A stretch of 30,917 bases of DNA from NCBI GenBank assembly GCA_964589775.1, contig CAZPUN010000001.1, positions 1 to 30,917 of the forward strand, in the 5' to 3' direction. Source of the DNA: an uncultured archaeon. Its GTDB lineage: Archaea; Asgardarchaeota; Thorarchaeia; Thorarchaeales; CAZPUN01. This document shows, piece after piece, positions 10,501-19,011 of the stretch; position 1 is the first letter of the stretch, and every line of letters begins with the position of its first letter. A program made the position numbers and the translations under genes. The notes under the pieces were generated by a model. The model made no database searches and was not told the DNA's origin. It saw nothing but the letters and a program-made list of their open reading frames with translations.

Positions 10501-12390
10501 ATTACTATCACAAACAGATTCAATAAATGAACCCAAATTGGAAGATAGAATATTTCTATCATAATATTCCAGAATAGTATTAGCAAATGCTGAGGTCCAG
10601 AAGAGTGTATCAAGAGTGTTCGAAAACTTGTCGAATCCGACATTTTCTAAATATGTGCTCATTCCAAAATCGACTAAAGCATCATAATCAATTGTGGTGA
10701 TATTCGCTTGAAGACTAGGACGAATCAGATCCGCAAAGATTTTCGATGTCCCAATTTTGCTATACGCAATGCCTGGAATATTAAAACCGCCAGAAGATAA
10801 TTGCTGTTGTGATAGCCATGCAGATGAATTGCCATGTATTTCGGAAGGAACCCCACCGGTCAGTGCAAGAGCTCCTAACGCTGCTACAGTTCCTTTCACA
10901 AAACTTGGCGATTCAGTGATCGTTATTGGGCCAATTTGGTATGGGGGTACTGAATAGAAAGACCCATCGTTTACTGATGCATTGTTTAATATCCAGTTTC
11001 GTAATAACTGTATATCTAGTACATCTTTGCTATTTAGAATATCAAGTGAGTAAACGCATTCATAAGAGCTTACCGTAGATGATTCATCACTACCATAATA
11101 TGGTGCAATTCCACCTATCATTTCGGAAATACCATTTTCATCAGCAGTATGTTGCTGCCCTTTGAGAAATTCAATTGCTGCTGTAGTATTGATTAAATCA
11201 AGCTTGTTTGAAAGTTCAAGAGCACGCAAGGCAAGATAGGTTTCATGTACTCTATCAAGGGTTGAGCCGGGTCTTGCAACAAACCCGCCTCTATCCGTTT
11301 GCGAACTTGCGATTGTATGGGCAATAGATGTGACATTAAACTCAGAAATACCTAGTTCGCTAATTAGTATAAGTGCCATTGAGGTTGAGGTATAATCTGG
11401 CTCTTTAGTTTGGTCCGGTCTAAATAGCGTCTCAGAGTCGTTTTCATACATCCATGAGTCCAATAACTTTTTGACTGTATTGTTAATCTGGGATAATAGG
11501 TCAGACTTGTTTAGTGCATAAAGGCCATCGACGATCTCATAAGCGGCAAGTAATGTAGGTATGTGATTCCAACTCCAGCCACCAGTGTCATTTCCCTCGT
11601 GTTGTAATTGATAAATATACTCCAATTTATCTTGCTTATCAGATATTAAATACGCAATTTCATCAAACAAGGATTCCATTCCGATTTGAGACACCTTGGA
11701 GGGATTTTCAATTGCAGACCATATTGCCTCAATACCTTCTCGCTGAATATAAACCGCACCGGTATAATTCTCAGAGTTAAGTAGGGGTACTCCAAGCCGC
11801 AATGATTCATTATATTTAATCAAGGGAACTGGCACAGTATTTTGCAAGTTCACTTGTGAAAACGAATATGGAACACTAAAAACCTTTTCAGCAGCCTCAG
11901 TAACATTTAGAACAACATTTGTAAATTCGCCGAAATCATCTGAGGAGAAATGAACAAGATCATCTAAGAGAAGAAATGCATGTCCAGTCATTAAAAATGG
12001 AACTCGAGCATCTCTGAGTTCTCTCCACACAACTTTCGAATCTTCTGAGCCAGTGCTACCTGAAACAGATGCATCAATTATTATTAAATCATATTGAGAT
12101 AAATTCAAATCCAAGGAAGATACAGAAACACTACTGGTATGAAAACCAAAATCATTGCAGGCACTAAGCCAGTTATCAACTGCAGGCAATATATTTGTAG
12201 AGTTAGAAAACACAATTAGAATGTCAGGAATATCCTCTGATTCGCCTGTAAATTGCATTACTTTTTCAGTTGATATAGTGTTTATTTTTATTTGCCCATC
12301 GTTTTCAATAGGATAAGTTGCAGGTGTTCCGCCTATAGTTGATATGAACATGATCGCGAAAAGAAATAACAATACGAATTGCTTTCTCAT
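4591..12390 (-). CDS. Giant (2599 aa) membrane-anchored surface protein: signal peptide, prenyltransferase/squalene-oxidase-like alpha/alpha repeats, ~17 Ig-like repeats, C-terminal TM
   Basis: Signal peptide MRKQFVLLFLFAIMFISTIGG; QW-like repeats (QLQHEGNDTGGW, SSQTDRGGF, QQQLSSGGF, SMQILDGENAGAF) at about 11630-9780; beta-rich ~95-100 aa repeats ending Y-x-G...Y..S at about 9750-4750; TM FISFLMVGIILAVGFVG; many N-x-S/T sequons. Confidence 0.85.
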   Translation of the reverse strand: MRKQFVLLFLFAIMFISTIGGTPATYPIENDGQIKINTISTEKVMQFTGESEDIPDILIVFSNSTNILPAVDNWLSACNDFGFHTSSVSVSSLDLNLSQYDLIIIDASVSGSTGSEDSKVVWRELRDARVPFLMTGHAFLLLDDLVHFSSDDFGEFTNVVLNVTEAAEKVFSVPYSFSQVNLQNTVPVPLIKYNESLRLGVPLLNSENYTGAVYIQREGIEAIWSAIENPSKVSQIGMESLFDEIAYLISDKQDKLEYIYQLQHEGNDTGGWSWNHIPTLLAAYEIVDGLYALNKSDLLSQINNTVKKLLDSWMYENDSETLFRPDQTKEPDYTSTSMALILISELGISEFNVTSIAHTIASSQTDRGGFVARPGSTLDRVHETYLALRALELSNKLDLINTTAAIEFLKGQQHTADENGISEMIGGIAPYYGSDESSTVSSYECVYSLDILNSKDVLDIQLLRNWILNNASVNDGSFYSVPPYQIGPITITESPSFVKGTVAALGALALTGGVPSEIHGNSSAWLSQQQLSSGGFNIPGIAYSKIGTSKIFADLIRPSLQANITTIDYDALVDFGMSTYLENVGFDKFSNTLDTLFWTSAFANTILEYYDRNILSSNLGSFIESVCDSNYFVVHVPDSYLPNPIEYYSTNLDLDSIWVEWFAVHSVIAYGGFQKVMSEAEQDQFVETITSMQILDGENAGAFRQSRDTGSITGFQYTVAATDLLWSMGKLNEIANRQLLEAYLLNNFNAAKFDTEFTYPYSMFELAPTYFGTLAYRDLNLLNKTLADTIRNYVLSKVNWSDLGSTYYAVETLGLLQDAGFIILSDYVNFTIVRTLIESQTNNRGLYYQNNTLTPQYTEMIYRLHTRLNDWFTKQQPMAFGLSVSGPSTTSLGSSISLDLDMYSISGDSVPSIVTLQIDSFGNRTITDFAPNGTITISIPSNSSALGDNMIKIKAWSNGSQTPAAVTHDIYVSGAIDGVVSLDSDEYPHDYPITGHVEFNLTTGAPINDTTVKIAVYNSTYYTMRTYYHVNSPFEFSVNFDLSVGNYTFELTISHQDCTDYIYNSDISIFEPILTELSNSVNATGHVNEPLNISGYLTYENGTAIDNDNVTLTVKSGSTIIFTNTKLTNNGWANFTWTPNCTGEFEIILEYAGNGHVLGCSNSSTSIIYKLSYVSIQTDGSVSAGENVTTLFHLYDEFNAGIANASLKITLSYGTTYHTYFRITNASGFAILIWNLDIATDVQISVEYSGSSDHTLYSSHNSTNVRTISDVKLDIISLDISYPNVELLILVHATGTDVSTLSGQAISLRIFDSNGTQIIFQTLYLNSTNYASLSWIPSNIGDYQINVSYTGDLYHYSSNSSRLVYIRHQTFLAAYYNETLVLGNNLSLSVRIYDAGNMSLNNCRIKFEVLLNDTVIHVTFANSSEGVVQFSWMPENRGAYTIRISYAGNSTYAPSEYLGKLDVFESVSISYEILGSLTAGHQFTINATVRGTSGPINLGHILVSLKHSGYIVSGFGITNASGVVLINIRVNYAATYTLNITLDDRFTIHNQLIDTIDITQIVQITIIDPVSELSFGSTLIVKFTLENETTGALIGEYVVVKILNSTGAIVFQSTYITEQVTSFSWKPSYVDLYTVELYYAGKKYFSSTTSLMTVAVKGDAHIEVHFSTPVLVGHLQEIRVVLIDNSNGTLIYANITVEIYRNNSKIYSLILPSNDTFLYTFNEKGIYEIHAMYNGSILYASTETVVNLEADIKAIISITLDSPVYLTNDIYIQGVLKDENGNTITGVNISFDLLSPAYLPLQHKTNITYVNGTVAIYFTPTMIGLLKVRAYITPGQFYIGEDAIQDVVVKTKTAWDLKLQDSVPLLLDSVNFTVFLYDALNQSLDSISAYIGIYDPAGNEIYGSVWTSWSKFTTNTTGVLFSFIPQSVGKYIVKLKVYSGDYWDANQSEFAFDVYSCVFITLNIPERVPVNETFLISGIARDAAGNGLGGLLLSGRIFDEHNTKIFQWTMITSTDGTFSKAVNLTELETYLVSIRFYGYLLYLPTSENKSIDAVLGTHISVQLPENQIYAGDNVSILIRLEDTNGASLEGFMIKFSMVLNDTQIMSISTAISNGSYKELYILFEHSGNYSVSVEFPGTTHYLESSLNFSIIVYSSAYLNIGVNSTIYLENTTIPITLVDDYNNPISNATITYRLVGNISVDSEVQTDDFGKAYILLPITEVGNYVLTLNYSGAVKIRGVYVSLNLTVLSHVHVRLNLVHIKVLDYCTVFLFLHDDLNRTLNDFTIALSLYNPKGREIYGSAFSTITILSVPAGGLNITWFASLAGRYQLVVRYDGSTFYPAIDNSSEILVLYRSYWTGKTILNSTQGQNLALTYHLYREDNSTISNADVNVLIYRNSQIYSQINATTDFSGILILNVEITSWGNYTIILEYSGNSEIFASAFRTQIYSVISPELEVKLPEDAILVGIETNITIHLLYNERYVDGVFNVTIKVMRGGQTVLVNKGLIFGMHGYTFVWIPEEIGEYNILVQVSGNEYVSGVQETYTLYVRGSNTAQSLITVNGDFISFLMVGIILAVGFVGERAFYNRDLLKYPWSREDSK

Positions 12391-12977
12391 GCTAACATCC
12401 CTCCAAGATACATAATGGATAATGAAATCACGGCAACAAGAACAATAAATTCTACAATTGCCGTTCGGGGGTAGTTTTTCAAAATCTCAGTGAAAATCAA
12501 TACATCTCCACTAGTAATTGATAAATTAAACCAAATTGAAAAGGCCAGATAGACCAGTACAATCTTTAATGGAAATGATAGTATTAGACCAAAATTAAAG
12601 AATTCCAACATTATAATTGTTCCGAAATAGAAGACGGAAAATAGAACTAGAAATGCCTGAATTACACTACGAGGCGTTTCAACTTCAAACGTAGGAGTTG
12701 GTTCACCATATGTGAAGACCCAATGTGATTTTACAACTTTGACTCGAAATAGAGCCAGAAAGATTCTCCTGAATATAAATATCAAAACTAAGCCAGGAAG
12801 CGTCAAATATAGAAGGGCAACATATAATTTATTTCTAACCCAGCCGGTAAATACTCTACGCTTTCCAGACAGTATTAGAATTCCGCGTATGAGCGATGCG
12901 ATAAGAACTGCAACTGGCATGAAAAACAATGATGCCAATAACACATCCAATATTACAGGATCAAGTAAAATATCCAT
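12387..12977 (-). CDS. Polytopic membrane protein resembling small M50-like metalloproteases but lacking HExxH
   Basis: About five hydrophobic segments. LTLPGLVLIFIFRRIFLALFRVKV aligns by eye to the PGxxxHExxH...GxKV pattern, and SITSGD to the PSxxD third-ligand motif. Confidence 0.6.
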   Translation of the reverse strand: MDILLDPVILDVLLASLFFMPVAVLIASLIRGILILSGKRRVFTGWVRNKLYVALLYLTLPGLVLIFIFRRIFLALFRVKVVKSHWVFTYGEPTPTFEVETPRSVIQAFLVLFSVFYFGTIIMLEFFNFGLILSFPLKIVLVYLAFSIWFNLSITSGDVLIFTEILKNYPRTAIVEFIVLVAVISLSIMYLGGMLA

Positions 12978-14489
12978 TTAGTGCCCACCCTCCTTTACAG
13001 TGGTCTCTTCATCCTTTCCAATAATTTCTTCAATTACTGAATCTATGTCGGTAATGGGAAGGTCTGTATCGCTTTCAAAGTCATCAATAGAATCCGTTAT
13101 GGGCATTTCAACCTCCTTGACTGGCTTCGATATGGGCTCCGATGGTTCTTCAGATGGTGCGTCCTCTTTTTCCACAGCTTCCGGGAGTTCCAACTCGGCT
13201 ACTTTAAGTTCGCCAGTTTCCTCTTTTGCAAGTGGTGAATCATCTTCTTCCTCGGATTTTATCTTTCGAGTCAAGTCTTCTACTAAGGATTCTAGAGCCG
13301 GTTTATTTACAACGTCAAAAATCTTATTTTTCATGGTCTCATCAATCAGTCCGAGCCACATCAACATTCGAGCAATTATGACATATGGAGAAATGACTTC
13401 GAATGGGAATAGTTTGGATATTTCTGCCTGTCTGAGTGTATTTACTGCACGTATAAACTCAGTTTCATAAGATTCATCAAGTCCCATGCCAGCAGAGGTG
13501 AAAATGTTCAGAATACCATCGATAATTGGATCTTCATCACCTTTTATTTCAGGGTTCAATTCTCTTGCAATGGTTTCGAGAACTTCGAGAATTATTAATG
13601 CACTGGGATTATACTTTTTCTTATCAAATAGCTCTATGGCTTCATTTACCTTATCTGAGACATATTTCGTGAGTTTTTCATATTTTATATCGATTTCAGT
13701 GCGTTCCGTTTCTGATGGGGGAGTTACAACCTTGTGTATTACCGCGGGAACATATTGAATTTGCTCATACAATTCGTTCTGAAAGATAGAGAATAGACGT
13801 ACAGATTCCACCAGCATAAGCATGGAAGCGATGATTCCAGCCATGCCGATCATTATTCCAGAACTTAAACTCGGTATGATCGTACTAAGCATAGTCATTA
13901 TACCGAAGCCGGGCAGTGTGAACATAGAGTAATGACCTAATTTTCGCGATTTTCGCCATACAGCCCATTTTTTCTTAAAATTAAGCGATTTTGTATCAAT
14001 ACTAGAATCTCTTCGTATAAACTCGTCCAGATTTGTATGCAGCACGCTAATTTCCTTGATCTCATCAGGAATATCTACGACAATTCGTTCGTCCATTATA
14101 ACGATCAATGGCGTTACAGTCCACGCCAATTCACTAGTACCATAGAGCGATAATTGAGTCGATATCCAGAAATGATTCATTCGTACATGTGAGACTCCGT
14201 CAACTAACGCAGCTCGTTCCTGAGGAGGTATCGACTTGAACTCATTGATTTGTTGTAGAACTTCACTATAAACTTCCATCAATTCCGTCTTCGAAGACAC
14301 AATACCGATAATGATTACTTTAGCAATAAATCCGGAACTGTCCCTTGTGGGTGATATTCGCCATAGATAATAGCAATTCTCTTTTTCAGTCTCATGAACA
14401 TTAAATCCATCTCTAATTAGCCCCTCAAATAGAGACATATAGTCTATTGTTCCGATTTCCGGAACCCTTTCAATTTCTACACTATGCAT
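12978..14489 (-). CDS. Hypothetical two-TM protein with a HEPN-like helical domain and acidic disordered tail
   Basis: 503 aa, central pair of hydrophobic helices, EAIELFDKKKYNPSALIILEVLE helix, E/D/P-rich C-terminal ~90 aa; SD GGAGGTGA. Confidence 0.65.
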   Translation of the reverse strand: MHSVEIERVPEIGTIDYMSLFEGLIRDGFNVHETEKENCYYLWRISPTRDSSGFIAKVIIIGIVSSKTELMEVYSEVLQQINEFKSIPPQERAALVDGVSHVRMNHFWISTQLSLYGTSELAWTVTPLIVIMDERIVVDIPDEIKEISVLHTNLDEFIRRDSSIDTKSLNFKKKWAVWRKSRKLGHYSMFTLPGFGIMTMLSTIIPSLSSGIMIGMAGIIASMLMLVESVRLFSIFQNELYEQIQYVPAVIHKVVTPPSETERTEIDIKYEKLTKYVSDKVNEAIELFDKKKYNPSALIILEVLETIARELNPEIKGDEDPIIDGILNIFTSAGMGLDESYETEFIRAVNTLRQAEISKLFPFEVISPYVIIARMLMWLGLIDETMKNKIFDVVNKPALESLVEDLTRKIKSEEEDDSPLAKEETGELKVAELELPEAVEKEDAPSEEPSEPISKPVKEVEMPITDSIDDFESDTDLPITDIDSVIEEIIGKDEETTVKEGGH

Positions 14490-16677
14490 CTTTCTTCACC
14501 TCCTCAGTGATAGAAAATTCAGCTGCATCATGGAATGGAGCCAAAATGGTTTCAATTTCTGTTGCAGCTCTACCAATATCGACATAACCTTCAGAAGATG
14601 CTATTTGCGAAATGCAATGAATTAACCATCTCGCCGTGGAGAATAGCGTCATGAAATCGCCGGTGTAATTCTCAAATCTTTCAGAAATATCCCAGAACGA
14701 CTTACGTTCGATTACGATTTGGTTCAAGGCTGAGGAAAATTCTTCGGGTAACTCTCTCAGTGATTCTGTAGAAATCGCCATTTCAAGAACATGTAATATA
14801 TCTGCTATATTTTCAATGCTAAACAAAGACGCACGAATATTCTGAGCTGTTTCTATCTTCAAATACAACTGTACGATGCGCCGCCCAATTTCTGTTGGCA
14901 TATAGCGATTCTCTTTTTGAACAATAAGTTTGCTTCGAATTAATGTATCGATCACACTAAACTTTCCAAGTGCAAGAGGAATAATCCCATTACCATGTCC
15001 GGGAGAATCTGCCATAATTTTAAGACCAAGCGCTATTAGATGGACGCATAGTTTCTTACGACCACTTCTAAAAGCACTGCACGAGCATTTTGGACCTGAA
15101 ATATCTGAATAACTACAGGTGTACGTAGAACCCGCATAATCAATCAAGCCATCTATTGTTCTATCAGTTACCCGTCTTAATTGGACATAGGAAATTAGTT
15201 CTTCGGCTTCGGAAATATCGTCAGGTGCAGCAATCATTTCAATTGCCGTAATAGCATCAATATGCCCAAGACGAATAGATTTAATTCCAAGTTCGCTGCT
15301 ATGCTGATAGCTCCAGAAACTTGAATTTATGAACTCTTCAATCTGTTCTAGAGTAGGGTCATTTAGTTCGTAAATTGTAACAAGTGTTTGTTCCAAGAGG
15401 CTCGAGTAATTTCCAAAGGCGGATATAATTGGTTCATATTTCGGTACAAGTTCAGATCCTGACGGTATGAAATAGCGTTGCAAAACTTCATTTTGCTCAT
15501 CGGGATTTCCAGCAAGTATGATACCATAGCCAATATCATCGAATCCGGGTCGCCCGGCACGACCGAGAATCTGATGTACAGTATTAGCGTCCATATAATT
15601 TGTTTCTACTTCATTACTTTCATCTGTAGAGAACATTTTAACGTCTCTCAAAATCACAGTGCGAGCTGGCGTGTTAATACCTGCACTTAACGATGTTGTA
15701 CAGCATATAACAAATATCAAACCATCTCTGAATAGATCTTCCACAATCTTTCGCGAAGACCACGATAATCCTGCATGATGAATACCGACACCATTAATGA
15801 GCAAATTCTCTAATTTTGCAGATATCCGAATACCTTGTGCGCGTATTTGTGTCAGGCGTTGGCGAATAGCTTCCTTTTCCTTTCGTGATAGATGTTTGCC
15901 AACGTATTCAGCAAGTTCGGTACCTTCACTTTCAACACTTCTACGAGTGCTTGTAAAAACCATCACTTGACCGCCACTATGAATTGTGCTCATAGTGATT
16001 TTCAGAACTGCTTCACGCTTATTCTCAACAAGAGATACAAACGGCTTTAATGGGACAGGCCGTTCTGTAGATTCTACAAGATTACAACCTAACCAATCCG
16101 CAAGTTCAACCGGGTTTGCTATTGTAGCTGTAAGTCCAACTATTTGAGCGTCCGGAATAATCCTCTTGAATCGCATGATGGCTCCTTCAATTCGAGGCCC
16201 ACGAATGGGGTCACCCATCATCTGAATTTCATCAATTACGACCGTTTGAATATCCAAAATCCAACTTACTTTTGAGCGTAATATCGAATCGAATTTTTCG
16301 TAGGTTGTTACAATTATATCGGCTGCAGCAAGCATACCGGGATCATGGTCAAAATCTCCACTGGAGACTGCTACAGTATAACCTAATGCCTTGAACTTTT
16401 CTGATAATGCATGAAACTTCTCAGCTGCAAGTGCCCTTAGTGGAACGAGATACAAGGCTTTCTTGCCCAAGCGTGCAGAAGATAGCAGGGCCAATTCGCC
16501 AATCAATGTTTTTCCAGACCCGCTGGGGCTCGATACAAGTATGCTTTCGCCATCTAATAGACCTTTTAAAATTGCTTCCTGCTGTATTTTCCTTAGACGG
16601 ATTCCCCACTGCTCTAATAGGTCATTCACCCAATCTGGGAGTGGTACTTCTGGTTCTTTTGCTGCTTGAACGCTCAT
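14482..16677 (-). CDS. Ski2/Hel308-like SF2 helicase with internal SWIM zinc finger
   Basis: Q motif LRKIQ, SPSGSGKT, LVPLRALAAEK, TTYEKFD, DEIQ, LTAT, HHAGL, TTSLSAGINTPA, QILGRAGRPGFD; winged-helix PTEIGR; CSC-x10-CVH SWIM signature. Confidence 0.9.
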   Translation of the reverse strand: MSVQAAKEPEVPLPDWVNDLLEQWGIRLRKIQQEAILKGLLDGESILVSSPSGSGKTLIGELALLSSARLGKKALYLVPLRALAAEKFHALSEKFKALGYTVAVSSGDFDHDPGMLAAADIIVTTYEKFDSILRSKVSWILDIQTVVIDEIQMMGDPIRGPRIEGAIMRFKRIIPDAQIVGLTATIANPVELADWLGCNLVESTERPVPLKPFVSLVENKREAVLKITMSTIHSGGQVMVFTSTRRSVESEGTELAEYVGKHLSRKEKEAIRQRLTQIRAQGIRISAKLENLLINGVGIHHAGLSWSSRKIVEDLFRDGLIFVICCTTSLSAGINTPARTVILRDVKMFSTDESNEVETNYMDANTVHQILGRAGRPGFDDIGYGIILAGNPDEQNEVLQRYFIPSGSELVPKYEPIISAFGNYSSLLEQTLVTIYELNDPTLEQIEEFINSSFWSYQHSSELGIKSIRLGHIDAITAIEMIAAPDDISEAEELISYVQLRRVTDRTIDGLIDYAGSTYTCSYSDISGPKCSCSAFRSGRKKLCVHLIALGLKIMADSPGHGNGIIPLALGKFSVIDTLIRSKLIVQKENRYMPTEIGRRIVQLYLKIETAQNIRASLFSIENIADILHVLEMAISTESLRELPEEFSSALNQIVIERKSFWDISERFENYTGDFMTLFSTARWLIHCISQIASSEGYVDIGRAATEIETILAPFHDAAEFSITEEVKKDA

Positions 16678-19010
16678 TTTAGTTCCACCTCACCATGCCC
16701 ATCTTCAAACATTTCAAGATTCATTCGACCACGCTCAGTGATTGTATAAGACGCTACTTTGAATCCACCATAGCCTTCGCTAACTTGGGTTAGATATCCA
16801 TGTTCTGCAAGCCCTTTTACAATACGAACTATTTCATCGCGTTCGGCTTTCTTTGATAATGCACTAACAATCCCTTCCTGACTCAAGACTTCATAATTCG
16901 TCAGTAGCTTCAAGATCATTGCAGCCAGTAATGCTTTACCACCAAAGTCCTTCTCGAGGGTTGTAGAGGCAGGTCTAAAGATTCGCATACTTAATTCGGG
17001 ACGCAAATCGCCCAATCGTGCTTTTATTTCAGACTCTGAGACATCTTCGAGTTTGCTTTCAAACTTGTAATTAATTTTGATAGGAAATCCAGTGGAAACT
17101 CCCTCTACAATATATAGAGCCTCGCCATAATCTAATGTACGCAAGTAGGTTGTTTCGCGACTACCATATCGATTCTTGCTATATAGTCCATGAGATAGGG
17201 CAGAAAGACCCATGCGATCTGCAACTGTAGAAACATCTGAGCTCGACGTCACTCTATGCGAGATTGAAATTGCCAAATTGTTATACATAGAATATGGCAG
17301 GTCAGTGGGAGAGTCCGTCGAAAGTAATATGCCAATTTTTTTCTTTGACAATCCTTTTTGGAGCCCTTTCCAGATATTATCCTCATATTCTGAAATGAGC
17401 CCGCGTGCAGGCATACTAAACATTAGTGCAGCAGATGAGAAACCCAGAGCGGATATATCGCCGTTATATGCCAAAAGCTTGGTTGCGATTAGAGAACTTG
17501 CCATGAAACGTAGCGTAGGAGATTGTAGATTATATTCAATTATTACAGGACCATGGGAGATCAAATCAGATATGGAACAATTTTGCACACCGTAGAAAGA
17601 TTCTGCGCCCTCACCTATTTTCAAAGACATAACGAACCTGTATAATTCCTCTGAAGCACGGTCCATTCCAGTCGAAACAGATTCATATTTATCGAGAAGA
17701 TCTTCAATCGTTGAACTTCCATCCGAAAGAACATCCATTAAAGCCATATCAAATTCGGGAGTGGGAACTCCAGCTTTATACGCTGCAGTTGTTAGAATAC
17801 TTCGCAAAAGGCTCCCATAGAGATTAGAGGGCAATCCTTCCGGGTCTACAGGATTTAATATGAAATCTCTGCCCAATCTCAAAATAACTAAATTATCAAT
17901 TAAACGGAGCAATTTTCTATAATTCGAGTCTCCAGTTATGAATATGAAATTAATACCTCGCTCAGAAAGACCCTTAAGCACTCTAAAAGTTGTTTTCATT
18001 CGCTCATCATGAATTCCACCTACGATTGCTATGCCCTTTGGCACCATATCTCTTTTGAATCCTGCATCCTCAACTTCATTTTGGGTTTCCGTATCGATTA
18101 TACGACCAATCTTAATATCGTACTGTAATCCTGTGGGAAGAATAAATTCACCCGGGACTCGAAATTGTACCTTGCCGAGTAATACCGGCTTAATATCGAA
18201 AATAGCCCGGGTGATCTCGGCTCCAGTAGCGACAAAAGTAGGGGGTTGCGAGAGGAGGGAGGAAGAATATAGGTTCTGGAGGTTCATCTCACGTAATTTT
18301 GCACCCGGGATGCTGGCCCGTACAGAATTTCGAATTACGTGCAATGAGGCCTCCAATTTGATTTCGTCTGGAGCCGAGATGATCATCGTAATTGAGACAT
18401 TCCAGAATCCGGCCATTTTACCAATTGTTGCCTGCTGCAATCCAGAACTCATTTCAGACCAATTTTCAGATACAAACTCAGTTAGATTTGAGGATTTTAG
18501 CACATCATCAAAATCTACCGGACACAATGAGAGCGAATATTGGAAATTGATATCAGAATTTACAAGTGACTCTAACAGAGTTTCCATTCGGCCAAATAGG
18601 CTCAAAGGCACTTCTTTTATTATTAGCCCTGCAACAAATTCATCTCCAATTTTCGCAAAATTTTCTGTTCGACTAAATGAATTGGAAATTGGTGCATAAT
18701 CTGAATTACTTATCTGATACGAATGAATAAAGTAGCTAGCAGCCTCCATACTTGTAGTTAATACAATACCAAGTAAGAAAGCACCTAGCAGCTCTAATGA
18801 CATGTTTATTCCGATTATTACACCAAAGCTCCACATTATACTCATCATTCCTAACTTTTTAACGTACGTGCCTCCGATTGGACTACGTCGCTCCCATATT
18901 GTGATGTACGCGGTGTCCGACTCTTGTTCTATTTTAGGACGCTTGGACATTCGTTCAATAGGATCAACTTCGGGACGTGGTCCAAAGTACGTTCTCGCCT
19001 TTTTTGCCAT
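16674..19010 (-). CDS. Membrane-anchored HerA/VirB4/CedB-like FtsK-HerA superfamily protein with degenerate ATPase motifs and C-terminal winged helix
   Basis: Two N-terminal TMs; IKIGRII...KGIAIVGGIHDERMKT at the Walker A position; FIFITGDSNY, LNPVDP, KKKIGILLSTDSPTDLP, NNLAISISHRV parallel HerA/VirB4 motifs; LAEHGYL...YTITERG wHTH. Start moved to ATG 19010 (MAKKAR), after a GGAGGAG SD. Confidence 0.65.
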   Translation of the reverse strand: MAKKARTYFGPRPEVDPIERMSKRPKIEQESDTAYITIWERRSPIGGTYVKKLGMMSIMWSFGVIIGINMSLELLGAFLLGIVLTTSMEAASYFIHSYQISNSDYAPISNSFSRTENFAKIGDEFVAGLIIKEVPLSLFGRMETLLESLVNSDINFQYSLSLCPVDFDDVLKSSNLTEFVSENWSEMSSGLQQATIGKMAGFWNVSITMIISAPDEIKLEASLHVIRNSVRASIPGAKLREMNLQNLYSSSLLSQPPTFVATGAEITRAIFDIKPVLLGKVQFRVPGEFILPTGLQYDIKIGRIIDTETQNEVEDAGFKRDMVPKGIAIVGGIHDERMKTTFRVLKGLSERGINFIFITGDSNYRKLLRLIDNLVILRLGRDFILNPVDPEGLPSNLYGSLLRSILTTAAYKAGVPTPEFDMALMDVLSDGSSTIEDLLDKYESVSTGMDRASEELYRFVMSLKIGEGAESFYGVQNCSISDLISHGPVIIEYNLQSPTLRFMASSLIATKLLAYNGDISALGFSSAALMFSMPARGLISEYEDNIWKGLQKGLSKKKIGILLSTDSPTDLPYSMYNNLAISISHRVTSSSDVSTVADRMGLSALSHGLYSKNRYGSRETTYLRTLDYGEALYIVEGVSTGFPIKINYKFESKLEDVSESEIKARLGDLRPELSMRIFRPASTTLEKDFGGKALLAAMILKLLTNYEVLSQEGIVSALSKKAERDEIVRIVKGLAEHGYLTQVSEGYGGFKVASYTITERGRMNLEMFEDGHGEVELK

Positions 19011-19011
19011 A

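Noticed and set aside
4591-12390. Squalene-hopene cyclase, alpha-2-macroglobulin or fusexin (HAP2/Fsx1) identity for the giant protein
   Set aside because: No DxDD or CGEQ motif seen, and the head is helical-repeat rather than the Cys-rich beta fold of fusexins.
14960-15300. Intein in the Hel308-like helicase
   Set aside because: The insertion lacks the C-terminal HN-C/S/T splice junction and LAGLIDADG motifs; it carries a SWIM signature instead.
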